From an uncultured delta proteobacterium (GTDB lineage Bacteria; Myxococcota_A; Polyangia; Palsa-1104), in contig CAWAWS010000026.1 in the NCBI GenBank assembly GCA_963785725.1, forward strand, positions 128,001 to 192,000: 64,000 nt of DNA. Reading direction: 5' to 3'. Position 1 is the stretch's first letter. Every line of letters starts with the position of its first letter. The translations under genes were made by a program, and so were the position numbers. Under the pieces are notes generated by a model. The model did no database searches and was not told where the DNA came from. It saw only the letters and a list, made by a program, of their open reading frames with translations. Below are positions 9,946-19,759 of the stretch, piece after piece.

Positions 9946-11833
9946 CGGCCCAACGTTCGTTTTCCGGCGGCCAATACTCCTCGTCGTCGCCGATAAGACC
10001 TTCGATGTGCAGCTTGCCGAACATCTCGGCCGGGAATCGTCCGGCCGCCAAATCCTCGATCTGCCGCTCGAGCTTGCGCTTCTGCCCGATGACGGCGTCG
10101 ATCTTGCCGAGCCGTGCCTGGCGCAAGAAGCCTTCGAGCCGCCCGCGCAGCTCCACCAGCGACTGGCGAATCAGCTCGCTCGACGCGGCGTCCACGTGCC
10201 AAGCCAAGCTGGCGGCGCGGGCGCGCAAGCCATCGGCGGCGACGACGTCGGCGTGCACGAGCGCGTTGAGCCCGCTGCGCTCGCCGCCGCCCGACGCGAC
10301 GTCGAGCACGCGCTCGAGCGTGCCCGCCAGCTGCGTCCGCCGCGCTTCCAACGCCGCCAGCGCCGTCTTGGCTTCGTCCGATTTGCGCGCGTCGATGCGG
10401 GCGCGGGCGATCTCGTCACCGAGCGCGTTCACCTTGGCGAGCAGCGCCGCGGCGTCGACGGGACCGCCGGTGACGGGCTGCACGTGATTGGTCGCGGCCT
10501 TGGCGCCACTTTCGGCGACGCGCTCGGCGAGCCGCTTCCAATCGCCCTCGACGTGATCGACGTCGGCCGCGCCATGCGTCAGGCCGCGGGCGATGGCGTG
10601 CAGGCGGAAGAAGCGCGCGTCGACCTCCAGCATCGACGCGATCTGCCCGTCGATGTCGTTGGTGGCGACGGGATGCAGCTCGTCGGCGGCCAATAAGCGC
10701 TCGGCCAGCGTGCGCCGCGTGGCCGCGTCGCCGAGCGCGCGGTCGACATAGCGCGTCAGCGGCTCGTACTCGGCGAGCACGGCGTCGAAGCCCTTCTCGG
10801 CGTCGACGAAGCGGCACGTCTTGACCTGCAGCGTGGCGCGCAGGAGGCGCGCCTCGGACGCGCGCGACGACGTGCCGTATTGCTTCATGAACTCGTCGAT
10901 GAGCCGCGCGCCCAAGTCGTACTCTTTGCGCGACAACGACGCCCACGCGGCCTCGAACAGCGCGTCGGGCAGCTTCTTGGAGTCCGACGGAATCAAGAAG
11001 TAGTGATAGAAGGCGTCGTCGTCGCGGCCCTCTTCGTGCGCGATGCGGCCGAGCGCCAGCCGCGCCAAGTCGCGCAGCGCGTAGTAGCGACCGTCGATAT
11101 AGAAGCGAATGGTGTCGCCTTTTCTGACGTCGGCGATGGCGCAAAAGGCGTCTTCGGCGCCGCGCAAGTCGCTGCGCTTGACGCGCATGACGCCGCGCAA
11201 ATAGAGCGCCGACGAGTAGAAGCGGCTGTGCGCCGACACCGTCTGCAGCTCCTGCTCGGCGCGCTCGAATTTGCCGGCGTCGTAGAGCGCGCGGCCTTGC
11301 AGGTAGGCGAGCTCCTGGTTGACGTCCTCGGCGCCGAGCTGCGTGATCTCCTGCGCGCACGCCGCCGCGATGTGCTCGTCGAGGCAGACGTCGACGTAGG
11401 CGCGCAGCGCCGCGTGGTAGTAGGGCGACTTGGCGCCGCGCGCGAGCGAGCGGCCGAGATAGCGCCGCGCCGTCGTCGTCGAGCCGCCGTGCGCGAGCGC
11501 GAGCCCGAGGCGATATTCGGCGTCTTGGAAGTCGGACGAGTCGGAGAAGTCCTGATAGCGCGGCCCTTCGACGACGGCATACAAGCGCGCCGCCGCCGCC
11601 TCGGGCTGACCGGCGACCAATTCGTCGTCGGCGCGACGCACCTCGGTGGCCAGCATCGCCGGCGTCACGACGGTCTTGTCGACGAGCCCGCGCGTCTCCA
11701 TCTCCTGCAAATAGGCGGCGGCTTCGGGCGCGCTCTTTTGCCCGGCCGGCGCGGCGACGGCGGGCACGGCCAGGCCGAGCGCGCCCACGACGGCGACGCG
11801 GCCCAACCGACGCTGCCGCCGACGCACGCTCAC
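9923..11833 (-). CDS. Periplasmic TPR protein, GltC/NfsC-like
   Basis: GTG at 11833 overlaps the upstream TGA; signal peptide; LARLALGRI, ALFEAAWA, and C-terminal EEYWPPENERWADE resembling the GltC WPF.GE.W.DE motif. Confidence 0.78.
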   Translation of the reverse strand: MSVRRRQRRLGRVAVVGALGLAVPAVAAPAGQKSAPEAAAYLQEMETRGLVDKTVVTPAMLATEVRRADDELVAGQPEAAAARLYAVVEGPRYQDFSDSSDFQDAEYRLGLALAHGGSTTTARRYLGRSLARGAKSPYYHAALRAYVDVCLDEHIAAACAQEITQLGAEDVNQELAYLQGRALYDAGKFERAEQELQTVSAHSRFYSSALYLRGVMRVKRSDLRGAEDAFCAIADVRKGDTIRFYIDGRYYALRDLARLALGRIAHEEGRDDDAFYHYFLIPSDSKKLPDALFEAAWASLSRKEYDLGARLIDEFMKQYGTSSRASEARLLRATLQVKTCRFVDAEKGFDAVLAEYEPLTRYVDRALGDAATRRTLAERLLAADELHPVATNDIDGQIASMLEVDARFFRLHAIARGLTHGAADVDHVEGDWKRLAERVAESGAKAATNHVQPVTGGPVDAAALLAKVNALGDEIARARIDARKSDEAKTALAALEARRTQLAGTLERVLDVASGGGERSGLNALVHADVVAADGLRARAASLAWHVDAASSELIRQSLVELRGRLEGFLRQARLGKIDAVIGQKRKLERQIEDLAAGRFPAEMFGKLHIEGLIGDDEEYWPPENERWADEYENYK

Positions 11834-12585
11834 TTCACGATCTCCACCGTCTCGACATCCGCTTTGACGCGCACGTCGAAGATGCCCTCTTTGTGCTTGG
11901 CGAGCTTGGTCGGCCCGTCGCCGGTCTCGTCGACCGAGAAGCTGACGCGCGTCTCTTTCTTCTCGGTGACGTCGATGACGAAGCTGCCCTCGGCGCCATA
12001 GGCGACGCGATCTTCGCCGGTGGCGCCGCATTCGACCTTGAGCGCCAGCGTGTGGCGGCCGGGCGCGGCGAAGCCGTCATACAGCTTGAGCGGATCGCCC
12101 GTCGCCGGCGAATCGGCGGTGAACACCGGCTGATCGTCGATCTTCAGCGTCACCTTCTTGATCGGCCAGGCGCGCTGCGCTTTGTACACGAACGACGACG
12201 TGATCTTGGTCTTGAACAGCGCGTCGCCGATCAAGTGCGCCTTGGCGCGCGAGCGAAACAGCTCGTCGCGCAGCTGGTTGTATTCGGACGCCAGCGCCTC
12301 CAAGTCGACCGACGATCGGCCCGTCGGGCCGGGTTCGGGCGACGGCGGTGGCGGGGGTGCGGGCGGCGGCGTCGCCGGCGTCGCGTTCTCGACCGGCGGC
12401 GCGCTGTCGGCGGCCACCGGCGCGCTGTTGTCCGTCGCCGGCACGTCGGTCGCCGTCGGCGCCGGCGGCGGCACGGCCGGCGTCGCCGGCGCCGGATGCT
12501 TGACCGGGTGCTTCTTGTGCGGCGCCGCCCAGCCGGCGGCCGCTGTCAGACATATCGCCATCGCGAGCGCCGTCCGCTTCATCAC
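11830..12585 (-). CDS. Secreted hypothetical protein (Pro/Ala linker, coiled coil, beta-rich C-terminal domain)
   Basis: Signal peptide, overlapping start/stop coupling on both sides, host-like codon usage. Start is GTG 12585 or the adjacent ATG 12582. Confidence 0.8.
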   Translation of the reverse strand: MMKRTALAMAICLTAAAGWAAPHKKHPVKHPAPATPAVPPPAPTATDVPATDNSAPVAADSAPPVENATPATPPPAPPPPPSPEPGPTGRSSVDLEALASEYNQLRDELFRSRAKAHLIGDALFKTKITSSFVYKAQRAWPIKKVTLKIDDQPVFTADSPATGDPLKLYDGFAAPGRHTLALKVECGATGEDRVAYGAEGSFVIDVTEKKETRVSFSVDETGDGPTKLAKHKEGIFDVRVKADVETVEIVK

Positions 12586-13244
12586 AGCCTCGTCGGCAGG
12601 AACACGCTCACGCCCAACGTGAGCGAGAAGTCCTGCACGTATTGTCGCACCGCGAGAATCTGCTGCTTGTACAGCTGATCACGCACGTCGAGCCGCATCG
12701 CCCACGAGCGCGACAAGAAGATCTTGGTGCCGACGCCGAACTGCGCCGCGGCGCCGAAGCTGGTGGCGTTGTCGATGATGCCGACGCCGGCGACGCCATG
12801 AATGTCGAAATGCACGATCGAGTCGGCGAAGAGCCGCATCTTGCCGTGCACCGGCGACCACACGAGATCGGTGAACACGAGATAGACGCGGTTCTGCTTG
12901 GGCAGAATCGTGACGCCGTGATCTTGCTCGAGCTGCGACGCCACCGACGAGCGCACCTGCGAATAGTTGAACGACGCCTCGATGCCCGCGTCTTCGGTCA
13001 AATGGTAGGTGTAAGCGGCGCCGACGATATAGGTGCCGTCGAGTAAGTCGCTGACGTAGTAGCCGCCCATGATGGTCAGCTCGTGGCGCGCCGTCTTGAC
13101 GAAGTCGAGCTCGTCGGAGCGGCGGCCGCGCTTCTCGTCGATGAGCTTCTTCTTTTCCTCGGGATCGACGCAGTCCGCCGCCGCGACTTGCAAGAACGAT
13201 TGGGCCAGCAGCCCGAGCAGCGATATGAGCAAAACCCGATTCAC
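12582..13244 (-). CDS. Myxobacterial outer-membrane beta-barrel protein (GltA/B/H-like)
   Basis: GTG at 13244 overlaps the upstream TGA; WSPVHGK motif, RLDVRD, terminal strand LGVSVFLP. Confidence 0.85.
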   Translation of the reverse strand: MNRVLLISLLGLLAQSFLQVAAADCVDPEEKKKLIDEKRGRRSDELDFVKTARHELTIMGGYYVSDLLDGTYIVGAAYTYHLTEDAGIEASFNYSQVRSSVASQLEQDHGVTILPKQNRVYLVFTDLVWSPVHGKMRLFADSIVHFDIHGVAGVGIIDNATSFGAAAQFGVGTKIFLSRSWAMRLDVRDQLYKQQILAVRQYVQDFSLTLGVSVFLPTRL

Positions 13245-13954
13245 GAGCGCGGCCCCGGAATGAATAAGGAGAGCCCCAATAAGCCGACCAAGTTGTTGGT
13301 GACGCGCTCGACGGAGACCGCCTCTTGGAGCATGAGGTAGTCGCGCAGGTCGAAGCGCACGGCCAGCCAGCGATTGGCGTACATCTTGAGACCGATGCCG
13401 GCGTCGAACGTGACGCCTTGGATGGTCGAGTTGAACGTGTTGCCGGCGCCGACGACGAAGAAGACGTCCCCGTGCGCGATGGCGTGCTCGGAGACGCGCA
13501 TCTTCAAGTGAATCGGCGACCACAAGAAGTTGCCGACGGCGATGAAGGCGAGCGAGCGCTTGAGCACTTCGCCGCCGAAGAACTGCGTCAGCGGCTTCTG
13601 AATGGCGAGATCGAAGGGCGTGACGACGAGCGACGCTTCGACGCCGAAGTCTTCGCCGAAATAGAAGGCGAGGGCGCCGCCGTAGTCGTACGAGCTCGAC
13701 AAGAGATCGCTGGCGTAGAAGCCGCCCCAGGCCGAGATCTCGAGCCGCAGGCGCTTGACGAAGTCGCGCTTCTGCACGCCTTTGCGTTTGCCGGCGGCGC
13801 CGAGCTCATCGTCGCTGTCGAGACAGCTGGCGGTCTGCGAGTCGGTGGTCGAATTAGGGGTCGTGTCGGCGTGCGCACGCGAGCCGGCGACGCCTTGGGC
13901 GAGCGTGAGGAAGCTGGCCAACACCACCGCCAGGCGAGATGATGAAGGAGCCAC
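13241..13954 (-). CDS. Myxobacterial outer-membrane beta-barrel protein (GltA/B/H-like)
   Basis: Signal peptide; GVQKRDFVKRLRLEI, WSPIHLK, RFDLRD, terminal LGLSLFIP; paralogous to the neighbouring barrel. Confidence 0.85.
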   Translation of the reverse strand: MAPSSSRLAVVLASFLTLAQGVAGSRAHADTTPNSTTDSQTASCLDSDDELGAAGKRKGVQKRDFVKRLRLEISAWGGFYASDLLSSSYDYGGALAFYFGEDFGVEASLVVTPFDLAIQKPLTQFFGGEVLKRSLAFIAVGNFLWSPIHLKMRVSEHAIAHGDVFFVVGAGNTFNSTIQGVTFDAGIGLKMYANRWLAVRFDLRDYLMLQEAVSVERVTNNLVGLLGLSLFIPGPRS

Positions 13955-14021
13955 GCGCGCCGACTATAACATGGGGCGACGGGTCCTCGCGCCCACAATG
14001 TGATAAAGTTTCAAATTGGAT

Positions 14022-15410
<1,389 letters not shown>

Positions 15411-15439
15411 CGGCGAGCCTCGCCGGTGTCGGGCCGGCG

Positions 15440-16771
<1,332 letters not shown>

Positions 16772-16776
16772 TCGAT

Positions 16777-16816
16777 CTGTGCGGATTTCTGCACAGCTGT
16801 GCGGCCAAATGCACAG
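16777..16816. promoter_or_regulatory. Two tandem 20-bp palindromic sites (CTGTGC-N8-GCACAG), putative EBP upstream activating sequences
   Basis: CTGTGCggatttctGCACAG immediately followed by CTGTGCggccaaatGCACAG, 65-105 bp upstream of a sigma54 core. Confidence 0.75.
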
Positions 16817-16879
16817 CTCAGATCGTCGAAAGTTGACATAACGGCAGGAAATAAAAGAGTTTCCATGTTCGACTTGCCG

Positions 16880-16895
16880 CGGCATCAGCTTTGCT
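16880..16895 (+). promoter_or_regulatory. sigma54 -24/-12 promoter
   Basis: CGGCATcagctTTGCT with GG(16881-82)-N10-GC(16893-94); AT-rich segment between it and the palindromes. Confidence 0.8.
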
Positions 16896-16905
16896 CTAGA
16901 TCACA

Positions 16906-16975
16906 TTCGGCTCTGGGGCCCGTGTTCGTCGAGGATCCCCCCCGCGACGAGCGCGGACCTCGGGGCCACCTTCAA
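16906..16975 (+). ncRNA. Candidate small RNA: 23-bp hairpin with C-rich loop (ends approximate)
   Basis: Arms 16909-16931 and 16945-16967 pair at 22 of 23 positions, including 5 G:U pairs that work only on the + strand; loop AGGAUCCCCCCCG; starts at the expected sigma54 TSS; no credible + strand ORF follows. Confidence 0.65.
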
Positions 16976-17031
16976 CCGCTCGCCGCGTTGCAGCGGTCGC
17001 GCGGATCTGGCAGTCGTAGCGGCGGCTGCAG

Positions 17032-18252
17032 CTACCAGCGCAGCGCGAGGCCGAGCTGGGCGATGAGCGAGTTGATGAGCCCGACGTCGCGCGCTTCGTT
17101 CGGCGGCAGCGGCGTCAGCTTTTGGTAGTCGATGAGATCGAGCTTGGCGTTGAGGTCGAGTGACTCGAAGACGCGCCAGACTTTGCCCTTCTCGTCGGCG
17201 TTCTTGATGTACGCGACCTTGAAGCCGACGAGCCAATCGCGGAACGGCGACAGCTCGCGATCGCCGGTAAAATATTGTCCAACGGGGCCGACGTTTTCGT
17301 AGCTGAGCGCCTCGCCGGCGTCGCGATAAAAGAGCGCGCGCGTCTGCTGATAGAAGCGGCCGCGCAAACGCAGCACGACCTGCGGATGCACCCATTCTTC
17401 CCACGCGACCTCGGCGGTGCCCGACTTGATGCCCCACGTGTCCCAATAAAAGCGGCCTTGAACGCCTAGCGCGCCATGCGCTTTGGGGACGGCGAAGCGA
17501 AGGCGGCCCTGCACCGAGACGCGCTGGCGCAGGTTGGGCTCGGACTCTTGCGCCTCGAACGTGCCGAAGAGGCGCACGCGGCGATAGGGATTGGACTGAA
17601 AGCCGTCGAGCACTTGGAAGCTGACCGACAGCTCGCTCAGGAGAAGCGGCGTCAACACCTGGGTCCACGACGCGGCGTAGCTGTCGATGGCGAGCGCCTC
17701 GGAGACGATGCCGGTGACCTTGGCGAAGCAGCCTTTGGAGTCGCCGAGCGAGCGTCGATCGACAGGCGAGACGCCGGAGTTGTCGACGTCGCAGACGGAG
17801 TCGAAGTTGTGCGCGTAGCCGAGCTTCAAGGTCGTGTTCTTGCCCCATAAGTCGACCTTGGCGGCGACGTCGATGGCGTTCGAGCGATAGTCGTTCTCGG
17901 TGCCGAAGGTGTAGCCGGCGTCGAGCGCCGTCGGGCCGAGGCGCAATTCGGCGCCGCCATGCACGGAGTGGCGCGTGTCGGAGAACTTCGTGGCCGAGGT
18001 GACGGCGTCCATCGCGCCGTACGTGCGCGGCGTGGCGCCGGAGACGACGTCGGCTTCGTAGCCGAAGTTGAACGAGAAGCTCGGATGCACGTCGACGTTG
18101 GCGTCGAGCTGCGGATGAAAGACCTGCAGCTTCTGCGCGCGCGCCGGCTCGACGAAGTATTCGGCCTTGACCTCGACCTTGTCCTCGGCGCGCGCGGAAG
18201 GCGCGAGCGTCGAGCCGACGAGGAGCGCCGCGGCGAAGGCGAGGCGACGCAT
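17032..18252 (-). CDS. DUF3570 family outer-membrane beta-barrel protein
   Basis: Signal peptide; DVVSGAT, DAVTSAT, ENDYRS, GFQSNPYRRV, RFYWDTWGI; terminal W; adjacent to DUF4266. Confidence 0.88.
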   Translation of the reverse strand: MRRLAFAAALLVGSTLAPSARAEDKVEVKAEYFVEPARAQKLQVFHPQLDANVDVHPSFSFNFGYEADVVSGATPRTYGAMDAVTSATKFSDTRHSVHGGAELRLGPTALDAGYTFGTENDYRSNAIDVAAKVDLWGKNTTLKLGYAHNFDSVCDVDNSGVSPVDRRSLGDSKGCFAKVTGIVSEALAIDSYAASWTQVLTPLLLSELSVSFQVLDGFQSNPYRRVRLFGTFEAQESEPNLRQRVSVQGRLRFAVPKAHGALGVQGRFYWDTWGIKSGTAEVAWEEWVHPQVVLRLRGRFYQQTRALFYRDAGEALSYENVGPVGQYFTGDRELSPFRDWLVGFKVAYIKNADEKGKVWRVFESLDLNAKLDLIDYQKLTPLPPNEARDVGLINSLIAQLGLALRW

Positions 18253-18464
18253 CAGTTGCAGCCGCACCCGCCGCCGGACGCGCCGAAGCCGCCTTCGGAG
18301 CCTTCGCGGTTGGACAGGACGTGCTGGTCGCTCGCGGTCTCGAGCGCGTCGTAGTCGGGCTGCATGATGCGGTCGGCGAGGAACTCCTTCTCGTCGGGGC
18401 GCACGGCGTAACGGCCGCAACCGGCGAGCGCGGCGAGCGTCAGCAAGATGTAGATGCGTCGCAT
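18252..18464 (-). CDS. DUF4266 family small lipoprotein
   Basis: Lipobox LAGC and diagnostic C-terminus REGSEGGFGASGGGCGCN. Confidence 0.92.
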   Translation of the reverse strand: MRRIYILLTLAALAGCGRYAVRPDEKEFLADRIMQPDYDALETASDQHVLSNREGSEGGFGASGGGCGCN

Positions 18465-18473
18465 GCGCGGCCC

Positions 18474-19259
18474 CTAAAAGAAGACCGCCAAGCCGCCCGA
18501 GTATTCCTGACGGTTGGTGGTCGAGTTGGGGGTGAACAGCGTGTAGTTGCGGACGTCGAAGCGCAGGATGATGCGCTTGACGAGGACGAGCGCGGCGCCA
18601 CCGCCGGCGTCGGCGGCGAACTGCGTCTTGCCGACGGCCGTGACGCCGTTGATCTTGGGGAACGACGTGCCGCCGCCGCCGCCGAGCGCGACGAACGGAA
18701 TCAAGGGGCCGAGCGGCCACAATAAAATGTCGCCGTCGAGGCCGTACAAGAGCAGCGAGCCGTCGCTGCCGACCGCTTCGCCGATGTGGCCTTCGAGCGC
18801 GAAGTGGGCGTCGAGCGTGACCGACGGGCGAAACAGGAACAGCCCGTCGCCGCCGAGCGCGCCGCCGGAGAACGTGAAGCCGACGTGCGACGACGGCACC
18901 GGCGACGGCGCGAACACCGTGCGCTTGACGGCCGCCCAGGCGCGCGACGCGGCCGAGCCTTCGAGGTCGACCTCGAACGGCAACACCTGCTCGCCGTAGA
19001 TCCAGCCGAAGCGGCCGTCGGGCAAGATCACGCGGAACCAATAGTCGGCGTTGCGGTCGACGACGGCGAAGACCTCGCCGTGCTCGGCGCGATAGAGCTC
19101 GCGATAGGTGTAGCCGGGACCCGAGCGCACCGGCGCGCGCGGCACGATGACTTGGAGCTGCGGATCGCCTTTGGCCAGCGCCGGCGCCGGCGCACAGGTG
19201 AGCGCGAGCGCGAGGAAAACAGCGAGCAGAATCGGCAGCCGCGACGGAGCGCGCGTCAT
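18474..19259 (-). CDS. SH3b domain plus outer-membrane beta-barrel protein
   Basis: Signal peptide; VRSGPG...WFRVILPDGRFGWI (bacterial SH3); barrel C-terminus RFDVRNY...GGLAVFF. Confidence 0.8.
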   Translation of the reverse strand: MTRAPSRLPILLAVFLALALTCAPAPALAKGDPQLQVIVPRAPVRSGPGYTYRELYRAEHGEVFAVVDRNADYWFRVILPDGRFGWIYGEQVLPFEVDLEGSAASRAWAAVKRTVFAPSPVPSSHVGFTFSGGALGGDGLFLFRPSVTLDAHFALEGHIGEAVGSDGSLLLYGLDGDILLWPLGPLIPFVALGGGGGTSFPKINGVTAVGKTQFAADAGGGAALVLVKRIILRFDVRNYTLFTPNSTTNRQEYSGGLAVFF

Positions 19260-19732
19260 TGCATGCCGAGCCACGTCGAGAAGAGCGCGTCGGCGGCGGC
19301 CTGATCGGTGACGACGTCGCCGGCCGGATGCGGCGTGCCGAGGCCCGACGGCACGATGAGCACGAGCGAGCCCAGCGGATCGCTGCAGGAGACGTTCGAC
19401 TGCACCGACATGAAGTTGAACTGCCACTGCGTCGGCCAGGTCGACGTCGGCGAGGCCGGATCGGGCGCCATCACCGCCGACACGTCCTGCAAGCGGAAGA
19501 AGCCGTGACCGGTGTTCTGGTCGTGGCAGTCGCTCTGGCCGCAGCTGTAGGTCGCGAAATACTTGGGCCAGACGTCGGTGACGAAGAAGGCGGGCGGCGC
19601 GTTGCAGCCGGCAGGCGGCTGCACGTCGGGTCCGGGATCGACGGTGCCGCAGCTCGCCAGAAGGGCGCACGCGATCCCGGTACAGCACACGAAGGTGGCG
19701 AACAGGCGCACGGCGTCACCACCATATCCCAT
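19256..19732 (-). CDS. Lipoprotein with CX4CH motif (possible atypical c-type cytochrome)
   Basis: Lipobox LASC; CGQSDCH; distal HPAG; stop overlaps the next start. Start is ATG 19732 or GTG 19711. Confidence 0.72.
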   Translation of the reverse strand: MGYGGDAVRLFATFVCCTGIACALLASCGTVDPGPDVQPPAGCNAPPAFFVTDVWPKYFATYSCGQSDCHDQNTGHGFFRLQDVSAVMAPDPASPTSTWPTQWQFNFMSVQSNVSCSDPLGSLVLIVPSGLGTPHPAGDVVTDQAAADALFSTWLGMQ

Positions 19733-19759
19733 CGGCGAAGTCTGGTAAACTCGCTGACC

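Noticed and set aside
16799..17128. 109-aa + strand ORF as the target of the sigma54 promoter
   Set aside because: Its possible starts (16799, 16865) lie upstream of the predicted TSS, it runs antisense into DUF3570, and the peptide is featureless.
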